Assembly (NCBI GenBank): GCA_028023455.1
Contig: JAQFVV010000011.1
Coordinates: forward strand, 434,001 to 498,000
Direction: 5' to 3'
Length of the DNA: 64,000 nt
From: Epiperipatus broadwayi
Taxonomy: Eukaryota; Animalia; Onychophora
The notes under the pieces were generated by a model that worked only from the letters and a program-made list of their open reading frames with translations, had not been told where the DNA came from and did no database searches. The position numbers and the translations under genes are program-made. Shown piece by piece: positions 1 through 13,822 of the stretch. The first letter of the stretch is position 1. Each line of letters begins with the position of its first letter.

Positions 1-2223
1 GAAACAATAGTGGGATAAATAATCAATAAATTCAGAATAATAAGCAATTTATAAATTTAATGTGTAATCATATTATTTTTTAAACAGGTTTGTTTCAAAT
101 CTTTTAGCATTATTTGCCTTTTCAATTTTTTATTTGGTTTTGAGAAAAAAAAGAGGGAGGGGGGCATACAAACAATTATAAGTTTTTAGGTTTATTTTAA
201 TTTTTCATATAATAGTATTTAATATTGACTTACAAATTAATTTATAAACTAAATGTATACTTTTAAACAATCTCTTATTATTTGTAATTGATAAGTTTGG
301 GATTTTTATTATTTTTATTTGTCTTTTAAATTTTTTTAATTTATTTGGTTTTGAAAAAGTGAGATGAACAATATGGTAATTGAGGTTTATGAAAACAATA
401 ATACCAACCAAAACAATTGTCAGTTATAAATTTAAAAAAAAAAGTTTTTTAATTATGAAATACAAATTACAACAATCCAAATAAAAATGAACTGGCTTTT
501 TTTGAAACAATAACAAATTAAAATAAGTTAAAATGAAAATTATTTCTTTTGATTACTTCACAAAAATTTAAAAAGGCATTGCAGATTCATATGGACTAAG
601 GAAAATTGATTGCCAAGACATTATCAATGCAAAATTGCTCTAAATTCCTTCTTAACATTTTTCTTTCTTTTCTCCATCATAGTAAACAACCTACATTTGA
701 CACAAATTGTTCCCATTTGACACTGTTCAGTAAATCCTGCTAGAGAAAGGTCAGTGCAATTTCTTCATTAACAATTACTTAACCATAGAAATCTTTGAAT
801 AACATAATTATTTTAAACAATCTAGAAGGGCATAAATCAATTACTTTTTTAGATTAAAAATATAATAATGCAAGTTTTAGGTTTTGGATTTTTTTTATGA
901 AATAAAAACATTTTAACAATATAAATGAAGAACACAAAGTTTATTTTTTAATTAATTTTAGAAGAATGTATTCATTGTAATCCACAAAAAGATTTCATTT
1001 TTATCTTTTACTTCCTATTTTTTGCATGTGTAAAATACACCGAATCTTAAATTTATTGATTAGTTATTTCACTATTATTTCATGATGATAACTCAATGTT
1101 TTAAAGAAGCAAACATAAAATTAGAATGTAAACACCTGAATACTTGGTACATTACTAAAATGTATAGATACTGAACAGGGATCAATCTTTCTAACTTTTC
1201 CAAGAAGTATACCTTGAGTTCATAACCTTAAGATGATTTTAAATTTTAGATTTTTAGCTTGAATAGTAAAACAGAATTAAAGGTGGTTGCTGGATGTTTG
1301 ATCTCATTGCCTCCAATTTTGAATCCCAAAGCTTCATTAATAAAAGCAATGGCCAGAAACATTTTTAGAGATGAAGATTTAAATGCAGGGAAGTGTTTAG
1401 TAATTTCTAATTACTTAGCTTGTAGAATATGGCACTCGAATAGGAAATGATTCTTGTTTTAGTAAAAAAGTGCCAACATTTGGCAAAATAATATTTGCCT
1501 TCAACTGATTACAGAGAGATTACTTTATGATCACCATAAATGCTTAGTTGAAGGCAAAAGTTACTTGAAAATTAAAATGAATTGTGCTATATATATATAT
1601 TTACACACACATTTTTACCTGAGCATATGATGCACTCATTTTTTGAAAGCCCTGCTGAGTGCTTTTATAAGAAATCGATTGTGTGTTGGACATGTGAATA
1701 TTAAAAACTAATTGTCAAATAACTTTAAAGTAATTACTAATAAAAATTATTCATGTGATCAGTTGCTCTGAAGATCATGTGACTTTTGTTTACCCAACTA
1801 GCAAGTTGACTACAGCAGTTGCAGTTCAGTTGTTCAAATAGAGATTTTGATTTTGCTAAGCTGAGAATCAGTCCATTATCTATTAGCTCTAAATCTGCCC
1901 CTCTCCCAATGTTTAGAATTATACAGAGCCAACAGATAATGGTTAAATGAATACAAAAATATATGCTATTGCCATAATGATATAATTATATTTCCACATA
2001 TCAGAATTCCTTTATACATTGTGTAATAATATTTGATTTTAAACTGGATTAGAAAGAGCAAAAAAAAAACTAAACTAACAATTTTTGGATGAAACTCATT
2101 TAACCTGTTTGTTTATAATATTAATTATGTCACAATAAAAATATAAGCTTGAGCATGTGTTTAAATAAGTACACTTGAACTGCTCATTCCATGTTTTTTG
2201 CTACATTTTTTTTTAATTTTCAG

Positions 2224-2350
2224 GGATGTCTCATGCATGTCTCTGGTGTTTGACATTTTGCAAACACTTTAGTCTAATATTAGTCTAATATTGGCTTTTT
2301 CATTCACTTTAGTCAAGAATTAATGTGACACTTCTCTAGTAACAAAATGC
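2224..2350 (+). pseudogene. Possible decayed duplicate of the tetraspanin 'GC...' exon, with flanking intron
   Basis: A strong acceptor (tttttttttaattttcag) is followed by GGA TGT (Gly-Cys), like the exon at 14649. About 100 nt later, tgacacttctctagtaacaaaatgc (2326-2350) matches tgacacttctcttgtaaacaatgc (14753-14776) downstream of the real exon. It has in-frame stops and an 11-nt internal duplication. Confidence 0.3.
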
Positions 2351-4646
2351 TTCTGTCCAGTTTTGACCTAATATCCTTCCATAAAAGCTAAATAGTGTAA
2401 TTTTTTATGAAAAAAAAAAATCAGTCTCTTTTCTCAGATGCTCTTATATCTCATTTGAATTGTTAACCTTATTTTTGGAGGTCTGTTTGATTTCTGCAAT
2501 ACTTGAATGTTCATTCAAAATTTGCAGTTGAATTTTTGGGTTGAAGCTTACATTTAGGTACCTCAGACAAGTTGAATTTACTCTAACCAAGTCTGCATTT
2601 TTATACTTTTAATAGAGTTAGAACTTATAGCACAATGTTATCTGCCATTTTTTTTCAAAGATAAATCTTCCCCACTTAATTTTCTTGTTTCACTACCATA
2701 CTTTGTAAGAAGTTGCAAAACAGATCATGAGCATATTTTGGAAGAATTTTCTTCGCAGATTATTTTTCTTGGAGCATCATTTTGCCAATTAAAAAAGCTC
2801 TATCTTTTTATGGACTTTACTATTAGTTTCCAGATTCTTGTATAATTAATCAAAATCCTGGAGCACCACTATCCTGTTATTTCATTTACTTCATGACCTT
2901 ATTTCCAGATTCAAATTTGTTTTTATCCATACATACTTACTATGTAATAACTTGCCAGAATATTTTAAACATGTCCATATTTTGCTTTGCTCTGGTTATC
3001 TATATATCACTCTTTCAAGATCAACTAAAGCCCTTATTACTGAATTTTTACCACTGTATTATGCTACTGTCATTCCACTCACCTATCTATCATATGGACC
3101 ATTATTGTATTCATATTAGGTGAAAAGAAATCTTATAAAAATAATAATGATTAGTTGACTTTCTACACATATATACTTCAGTTTTCCACCTAGATCTACA
3201 ACAGTAAAATTAGAAATAGACCACCAATTTCATGATCCCTTACATTTGTCTTTGTTCATAATGTGAACATTGTTATTCATCTTTTTTATTATCTTTTAAG
3301 AAAATGCTATTTACTAATTTGCTGTTTGTGTTTATGAATATTGTAACAGTCAGAAAATATAGCTGCTTTAACCTAACCTAGAGATATAGGTAGAGGGAGT
3401 TTAAACCTCATCTAGTCCTCCAGATCATCAAGTGACTTACTCCCTTGACCTCACGAGAGTTAATTTTCTTAATGAAGCCTGGTGGTCATGGTAGAGATGA
3501 GACTCTAAAGGAATCATAATATGTGATGATCAGGTTTTACATATATAAGTAATAAACAATATCTACAACTTTGTTATAATGAGGAATTATAGTTTATTAT
3601 TAATATTAGATTGTCAATAATGATTAAAAAAAATTATTTACAAAAGAAAGTATCCACAGATATATACATATATATTAGATCAACTGATCTTTGTAATGGA
3701 AATAAATAATAAAGCACTGATAAGCTTTGTCAATTATCCAGATTATTTTCATTCAGTAGAGAGATGTAATAAGATTGCTCTATAGTACAAGAACAGGGTG
3801 AAATTAACCTGCTTAAACTAGCTAAATAAACCATAGGCTGAATTTGAACATAGCCTCATTAATGCCTAAATTTTATCTATATAAACCTACAACGGATGTT
3901 TCCAGATTAACCGAGTAATGTACTGATCATATTAAAAAAAGATATAAATAAAATAGTAAAACATTGTGGTATTTGGTGATAAAATTTATATATATATATT
4001 TGAAGAGTGGGTCTCAAACTATGATGACCTCATTATAATGTCAACTTAACTCTGAATAGCTACTTTGCTTCTAATCTATTGTTAGACTAAGGAACCCATT
4101 TGCCATAGCATGACCCAGGTTCAGGAACAAAGTTTTTGATAGCTTATGTCTATTTATTTTCCTTGACTGAATGATGGGATCCAACCTTTGAATCTGCAGA
4201 CACATGTAAGCTAATGAATTTATAAAAAAGATCAAAAAGTAAAAGTCTAAATATCCACAGATCATCAAGCAACACATTATTAAGGATGTGGTCAAATGAC
4301 TGTAAATTTAAAGCCTTATAATATTAGTGTATATAAATCTATGATCGAGTATAATACCATACTGGGAAGATCAGCTACACATAAGTATACACTCCCTTTT
4401 CAACAAGCTACTAAACATACTCCTATGCAGATATTATGTCAGCAGTTATTACTACAGCTGCACTTATCAAGAATTATTATTTAGTTAGTTTCTGTCCATA
4501 GATTTAATGAATATTACATAGAATATTTATATGTAAAATTAAGAGCGTGCTAATAACTCTAAACAAGCTTTTTTTTTTTTTTATTTATGATAAATGCTAC
4601 TACAAGAGAAGGCATTCAAATCATTTTTATCTTGGATTGTCCCCAT

Positions 4647-4685
4647 CCCCAGACCGGTTTCAACCTATGGGTCTCTTCAGTGAGG
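4647..4685 (-). ncRNA. Minimal type-I hammerhead ribozyme (family A, copy 1)
   Basis: The minus strand reads cctca CTGAAGA gacc-cata-ggtt GAAA ccggtc tgggg. Stem I is cctca/tgggg; stem II is 4 bp with a G:U closing pair; stem III is the palindrome ACCGGT; the triplet is GUC, with predicted cleavage between 4652 and 4651. Confidence 0.8.
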
Positions 4686-5070
4686 AGTTGGGACATTAGA
4701 TCTAAAAAACCAACTCAAGCAAAGCACTTATCTAAAAGATAATTGTTAGAAGAAGATCTGAAACTTTTAGACATCTACATGTCTTTAAAGTCAGCTCTCC
4801 AACTGAAAAAATCATATGGGCCTGAACTTAATTCAGATACTCCATATATTAGTAGGCTTAGCTCTTTAATTTAGCTAAAACCACAACAGCAAAATAATAA
4901 TAGTAATAATAATGTCAGATGTCACATGACTTATATATAGCTTGCACTTACAAATATGTAAAATTAAGAGCGTGCTAATAACTCTAAACAAGCTTTTTTT
5001 TATTTTATTTATGATAAATGCTACTACAAGAGAAGGCATTCAAATCATTTTTATCTTGGATTGTCCCCAT

Positions 5071-5109
5071 CCCCAGACTGGTTTCGACCTATGGGTCTCT
5101 TCAGTGAGG
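5071..5109 (-). ncRNA. Minimal type-I hammerhead ribozyme (family A, copy 2)
   Basis: The minus strand reads cctca CTGAAGA gacc-cata-ggtc GAAA ccagtc tgggg. All core nucleotides are intact, stem II is perfect and closed by G-C, and the triplet is GUC. Confidence 0.85.
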
Positions 5110-7918
5110 AGTTGGGACATTAGATCTAAAAAACCAACTCAAGCAAAGCACTTATCTAAAAGATAATTGTTAGAAGAAGATCTGAAACTTTTAGACATCC
5201 CTTCTATTACACATAAATAATAATAACAAATGCTTATTTATGCTGCATCCCTTATAGACATATATATATAGTGTAGCCATCTGGATTACATGGCACATAT
5301 ATATAAAGTAAAGGAAAACTAGAAATAAACACAGACATAAATTTTTGCAGATATTTTTCTATATTTCTTGGAATAATAATGACTATAGAGGGTTAAATAA
5401 CTTTGATTTAAAAAGGTCTGAATAAATATAAATATTGTATTATTATTATTATTATTATTTGGATTTTGAAATTTAAAAACAAGTATGGTATTTTTAAAAT
5501 TTTTTAATTAATTGAACACAATTTCTATCTAGTAAAAATCCCCTAAATGAAAACATGTATATAACACTTTGATAAAAATTTCAAACTTGTTTTCAAAAGG
5601 GATTGGAAAGATAAGAAAAAATACTTTTAAATTCAATGTGTTCTTGTCATCTCAATCCAAGTCTAAAAAAAAATATTTCAGTATGGATTGTAGTTTTTAT
5701 AAGAGCTGAACAGAACAATTTAGCTAGTAAATTTTTTTTGAGTAAGTGGCAGCAATTAGCTGACCAAAATAGGTAGCTTCAGTTTGTTGTTGGCTGTAGC
5801 CGAGAGTTGGCAGAATAGCTACCATGAACAGATGTAGCTGAAGGCAGAACAGTAGACCCAGGAGCTGCTACTATGTTTTTCTACAGGAGTTTGAATTCAC
5901 ATGAAGAAAAATGACCCAATTTTTTGTGTCGAAATTCATAGCCTTATATGTGGAGAGAACAGTTGCTTGCCTGAAATCTATCAAACCAAGACAGCTAGGT
6001 TACCTGAAGCTCAATCCAAGACAGCTGCTTGTCTGGAACAATCCTAGACAGAAGGGAGACCAACTTCAAACCAACATTTAACATGGATTATAGTTTTTCT
6101 GATGATGACAATCAACAAAATCAAACTCACCAAGAAAAATCTTCCAGCTTTCCCAGGGAACCTCAGCTTGCTGAAGAAATAATTATATGTATGCTGATGT
6201 ATCTAAAGGCAGAGAAGCACAGATAAATGTATATACAGTTGGTGGTGAGTAGCATTATATATGATAATGAAATTTTAAATAATTTCCTTAGTAAAATGAC
6301 ATTTTTATAACTGATAGATATATATAAAATGATATTAGTTTAAAATCATTTATTAAAGAAGAAAAAAAAGGATTAAATTTATATTTATAATTTAGAGAAA
6401 AAAAAAAAACAATGTTATAATTAATAGTCAAGAAAAAAATTTCCAAAACTCTTTTAGACTAGAAAAAAAAAGATAATTTTAAATCAATCAACAATCATCT
6501 ATCAAAAATTTGATAGTACTTATTTTAAAGAAAAAAGGAAACTATACCCACCAAAGTAAAACTTACCATAAAAAAATATGGGAATGTTATAATATAACTT
6601 CAACAAAGAATTTAATTGTGAAAATGTATATTTTAATAACTTTATTATTGTAACAAATTAAAATAGGTAACTGTCAGTCTGTGTATATATATGCACACAC
6701 ATATATGTAAATTTTAAATCTTATAGTATTTTATATAACAATTCAAATATGTTATGTAAATAAATTAATATATTTCACTGATATGTGGTTTGAATAAACC
6801 TAGCATAAAGTATTTTTATTATTAAAAAATATAAGTTAAAAAGTTTAACCATTTATTATTTTTATGTAACAAGTTAAATATGTTCAGAAATTTCATGCAC
6901 ATGCATGTGTGAGTGCATATATCTGTCAATTGTATTGCAAATCCCAATGCTTATCAAGTAAAACATATATGTAAAATTTATTCATTTTTTTTATAATTAA
7001 TTGAAATGTTTTCATTGTATATTATAAAACACATGTCTGTGTACAGATGTATATATGCATTTATGTAGACTCATTAAGAGACATTATAAAACAATGTAAT
7101 AACTTGAATTTTGTAGTAATCCTGTAAATTACAGTGAGATAACTTTTGTTATTGTACATTATTCTAAATCAGAAGCCTTTTCCTATAAGACCTTAATTTC
7201 ATTTTTTATTGTTATCCAATAAACTTATTCAATTGTAAAAATTATTCCAGTAACTTAATTGTAATAGTTATAGAATATTATGTAAATCATCTCTTGTTCA
7301 CCATAATAGTAATAGAGCTTGTGTTCTCTGAGCTAGATTTGAGTATAATGGATGAATATATGAATGGGGATATGTATTTAGTGTTTTTGAGCATCCAGAG
7401 ATGATCAATCATCATCCTGGTTGGTGCAAAAGAGAATACTCTTTAAAGACCATGCACTATCTTTTATTTTAATTTAGTCTTATTAAAGTTTATAGTTGGT
7501 CAGTACATTAATGGTACTTAAATGGCCAGAGCATTGATGATAATCAGCATGTTTTAATACCCCAGCATTATTGTTTACATTTTTCTGATTATATATTCTG
7601 ATGGATTCATATTTAATGGTTAAGTAATTGGCCCAAGCTGGCAAAGGCTCAATAGTTAGTCTGGTCTACAGAAGACCCAATCCAGTCACAAGATTGACTG
7701 TTGATTTATTGTACTGATTTATTTTAATTGTTGATTATTCATGACAATGAATGGTGTTTTGGATAGTACTCATACTTACTTAGACTGATTTTTACTTTTT
7801 GATAATGTTGGTTGATATATGATTGATGTATAGTTATTTTAGTTACTCTAAGAAGTAACTAGCTGACTTCTCAGAGATTTCTTGATCTCATGCTACCCTT
7901 AAATATATCTTACTTATA

Positions 7919-8173
7919 TATACTTTTGTAAATTATTGATATTTCATTTTAAATTGACTGGGAGTGATAATGATTTTGTCATCACTCCAGGTATGACTAT
8001 GATCAACCTCCCTTTTGTGACCACTTCTATCACTGCATCCCGTTACAAATATCTCTCATCAAATCTCATACTTTTGTTATTTAATATTTTAAATTTTGAA
8101 TTGATTGGGAGTAATGATGATTTTGCCATCACCCCAGGTATGACCAAGTTCTCCCCATCCCGTTACAATATAT
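7919..8173 (+). repeat. Diverged direct duplication (period about 148 bp) with an internal hairpin
   Basis: aattgactgggagtgataatgattttgtcatcactccaggtatgac...catcccgttacaa at about 7952 is repeated at about 8099. Confidence 0.7.
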
Positions 8174-8313
8174 TCACAACCCTTAGATTGACTTAAAATG
8201 CTTATCGATATATATATATAGAAAACATAGATACATGTTTGTAATAAAAACACCTTTCTCATTTTGGCTATAAAATTAAACATCGTTTCAATTAAATTTA
8301 CAATAACACATTC

Positions 8314-8663
8314 TGTAATTATAAATTTATTAAACGCACATTGATTACGTAAGTAATATTTACTGAGGCTATAACCTCGATAATATGCGTATAAAATGCG
8401 ATAGTAGGGACCTCTACAGGCGTTTTAACCACAAGCTTACGCTATGGAAGAAAAGAGGGGAACCCTTCTTTACTTCAACCTACTTTCTATTTAAATAGGT
8501 GAAGTAAAGAAGGGTTCCCCTCTTTTCTTCCATAGCGTAAGCTTGTGGTTAAAACACCTGTAGAGGTCCCTACTATCACATTTTATATGCATATTATCGA
8601 GGTTATAGCCTCAGTAAATATTACTTACATAATTAATGTGCATTTAATAAATTTATAATTACA
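8314..8663. repeat. Near-perfect fold-back palindrome, arms about 164 bp
   Basis: 8314-8477 is the reverse complement of 8500-8663 with 6 mismatches; the loop is short. Confidence 0.95.
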
Positions 8664-10103
8664 ACTTTAAATTACTGTAATAGATTTCTAAATATAAAAT
8701 CTTTCCATTGACTCATTGTAAATCGAAAGATTTCGCGAGTATTAATGTGTAATAAGAAATGTGGACTTAATCAGTGAAGTATTGAATAGCTTCACACTCA
8801 CAGATCTAACCATCTATGTCTACGTTCTCATCAGATTGGTCTTTCTTTCAGTAGCAAGTGACAGGCATCGGTCAGACATACTTCTTTGGTTCCTCAACTG
8901 AATTACATTTCTCAGATCCTGGCCAGAGGATGGATGGGAGAATGGAGATAAATTCTCTGCTTAAGTATATTTGGCATAAAATACATTTCACTAGCTCTGG
9001 TTTGTTCTTACTTAAGAAAATAACAATTCTCTCCCTTCAATAAAGAAAAATCTCTCTATTTATATCCTTTTAATTTTCTTTTACATCATTTACATTAATT
9101 AGTGTCTACTAATGCCTCTATTGTTTCAGTTCTTAAAATATCTTACATTTTTATCTGCCTTGTTATACAAACAATTTGCATCCTTAAGTTAAATTCTAGT
9201 TTTAATTAAATTCTTATTTAATGTATTTTACACATTAGCAATTTCTTTTTTGCTGATGCAATATTTTTTTATACAAGTAAAATAATTCCTTTTAAGTTTT
9301 TTTTCTATAAATTCTACAATTGCCTATTTTTTTAATAAATTTTATTTATGGTTACAATTTATTTAATGTTATATATGTGTGTCTTTCTATAACCATTTCT
9401 TTTGATGTACATTTACTGTGGTTGGATTTATGGTCTTTGTTTAGTACACAGTGAATGGTGAAGCCCATATATAACTATATATATGTACAGCTTCAATATT
9501 CATTCCTGCTAATTTGCTTTGCCAAAGTACATTTTAATATCAGGGTGTTGACATTTTCATATTCAATTTCTGTTATGCTCTGCATGTCTTAGTGCATTAA
9601 TAGATTGATAGGTCAATAGATCACAACTTGACTATGATGTCACTAATGTTCAAATATCATATGACCTATGAGAAACAAATCATTACATTATTTATGTTTA
9701 ATTGCAATTATAAAATAGTCATATTTTGTACTTCATGTAAAAATTTAATTTTACTGCCAGGTAAACATTTACTGTGAAATTTTAGAATCTGACTTTAATA
9801 CATTATTGGCAATAAAATATGGCTGTACATGAATTTTTTGCAGCAAGTCTAGAAAGTTATTTTCTGTCTCTTTTCATATTGCATTGCCTGGGTGTTTATA
9901 AGATTATATGCTTTTTTGATGATATTTTATCGTTAAACCGGCTATCATGAAGTTGAAAGATTTAAATACATGAATTAACTAATGTTTACACTCTGTCTCT
10001 TTCTTGATTAAAATTAATATTATATTTTGTTTAAATATAAATAATAAATTATCTAATAAAATTATACTGTAATAACAATTTTTATTTCACCATCACTTTG
10101 CAA

Positions 10104-10574
10104 TTAATAGTATGCTGATGCGTTGTGGTAAAACTTTTTTATGTAATAATTTGTAGGCTTTTTTTATATTCTAATTTGCAGATTCAGTGCTTTCAGAGCC
10201 CTTGTTGCTCCATGTTCATAGTCTTTTCAGATTATTAATGATATATGCAAATGTATGCAAATTGCCTCCTATACTATCCATTTTTTGGAAATGGCAAAAC
10301 AAGTGTCTCTTCTATATATCAAGAGAAAAATTAAGAAAGCTTGTTTCATCACCAGCGAAGCCAACTCAATAAATAAAAGAAACACTTATTTTTCCATTTC
10401 CAAATATAGGAGGCAATTTGCATACATTTGCATATAACATTACTAATCTGAAAAGACTATGAATATGGAGCAACAAGGGTTCTGAAAGCACTAAGTCTGC
10501 AAATTAGAATATAAAAAAAGCCTACAAATTATTACATAAAAAAGTTTCACCACAATGCATCAGCATATTATTAA
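10104..10574. repeat. Fold-back inverted repeat, arms about 200 bp, spacer about 65 bp
   Basis: 10104-10311 is the reverse complement of 10377-10574, with a few substitutions and one indel of about 10 nt. Confidence 0.9.
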
Positions 10575-11109
10575 CTAAAATTATACTATATTTGATAGAT
10601 TTAAAATACAATAATAGTAAAAAATTAACAATAATAATAGAGGACTTATACTGAAGTACTTGGATCATGTTGTAATCATTATCAATTGAACTTATGTGGA
10701 CTAAAAGCAGATTATGTTTGGAATAATATAATGCAATATATAAACATATGCTATTCAAACTGGAAGACATGTCTTGAGCTAATACTTGTTTAAATAATTA
10801 CTATTGGTATAATTGAGACTGAAATAATTAACTCCCACTGAGTTATATGATGTCAAAGTTACCTAACTCAATGGGAACTAGTTACTTCCTTTTCAATTAT
10901 AGATTTAAAAAAAGTTATGATTATTCATTATTAATATTGGTAAAGTAAATATTTTATATGGTTAATTCCAGTTTCTCTTTATTATGAATTACATTATATA
11001 TCTATGTATTTTTGGTATTATTTAGGGAAAATTTAAATGAAAATAGAGAAAGATGCTGGGAAATAAATATATAAACAAACTGTGAACTACCCAATTAATC
11101 ATTTCTTTT

Positions 11110-12770
<1,661 letters not shown>

Positions 12771-13519
12771 AGATGTAAATATGCAAATTACACGTGAAGT
12801 ATTTAAATTTGCCTAATTTTGCAATTAAATATAAGAAAAATTAAGTGGTTCAACTCATGTAATATAAGTATAAAACTGAATTTGAATTAAATTATTTTGT
12901 AGTTTTTAATATGTAAAAACAGTTGTGTATATCTAATTTATAATGATAGATTTCTTTTCTATATACTGTGTATGTTGAAGATTATTGGACAATCAAAACT
13001 AATCTATTTTTGGAAGTGTGGAATAATAAATATTTATTATTGGAATTGCATTATGTAACGTGTATAGAAGTGTATGCTAGTAATGATTGTTTGTACATAC
13101 GAATATTTGGTACTGTTTTTTGGCACAGTATGGCGCACCAAGCAATACCGAATATTTATTATAAGTAATCTTCAAAATTCTTTTACCAATAAAATAAAAT
13201 TTGTTGTTCTGTACATAAAAGTTTCAATTAGAGAAATTCATAATGATTACAAAGATAATATATTGGCTGAAATTATTCTTAAAATAATGTATTTTTGATA
13301 GAAATAATATAATATTGTAAATAAATATATGTCTAAGGAACCCAAAAGGATTTGAAAAATCATGTTTTACTGATTCTTACTTGTGGATCTTGGAGAACAC
13401 CTTATAAAAGCTGCAGACATTACTACAAAGTATTAAAAGATAAACATCAAAGTTAACAAGGATACATTGAAAATGAAGTACATAATTGAGAAAATTAACA
13501 GTTATGACATCATTAAAAA

Positions 13520-13660
13520 AATTTAAAGGTGAAAATGAAGTTGAGACTGGGAAAATCTCTAGAAAAAAATTCAACAGGACAAAAAATGAGAGTAGATGGA
13601 CAACTAAAGATCTAAATTAGATTCCAGAAGATTATAAAACGAAGAAAATTTATAAAGATT
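13520..13660 (+). mobile_element. Short, decayed RTE-like LINE 3' fragment
   Basis: Translates as ..RTKNESRWTTKDLN*IPEDYK.., resembling the R.DNRWT..L.WIP.D.K segment of the RTE copies at 47-51 kb. Confidence 0.35.
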
Positions 13661-13807
13661 CAATATAAGTTTCTATAAAGAATTTAGAAGATTTTGCATC
13701 CATTATGTACAAATTGTATAAAGCATTCTAACGGGAAGTCAGTATTTTTTATTAATTTGAATAGAAATTGTATTATTGGTATTGCAGACAACTTGGTTTA
13801 ATAATTC

Positions 13808-13822
13808 GCCACCAGGTGGCAG
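13808..13822 (+). promoter_or_regulatory. CTCF-like motif
   Basis: gccaccaggtggcag matches the CTCF core consensus CCASYAGRKGGCRS and is a GC-rich island in AT-rich intron. Confidence 0.35.

Larger units (their letters stand above)
4529..5199 (-). mobile_element. Family A: non-coding HHR-bearing tandem repeat (retrozyme-like or non-autonomous PLE derivative), about 1.6 units of 424 nt
   Basis: Near-identical blocks at 4529-4775 and 4954-5199, period 424-425 nt, each containing an HHR core on the minus strand. The same family recurs at 44410-45236. Confidence 0.8.

Noticed and set aside
5760-6230. GC-richer segment with a 65-aa ORF
   Set aside because: No recognisable domain; probably an old repeat.
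8363-8382. ctgaggctataacctcgata as a relic HHR
   Set aside because: It needs a multi-base deletion in CUGANGA and a GAAA-to-GATA change, and there is no adjacent stem I.
8800-8840. Minus-strand CTGATGA as an HHR
   Set aside because: No GAAA follows a stem II; CTGATGA at 6099, 42120, 58810 and 63790 were rejected for the same reason.
10448-10500. ctgaaaagact...gaaagc as an HHR
   Set aside because: The core is CUGAAAA, and there is no convincing stem II or stem III.
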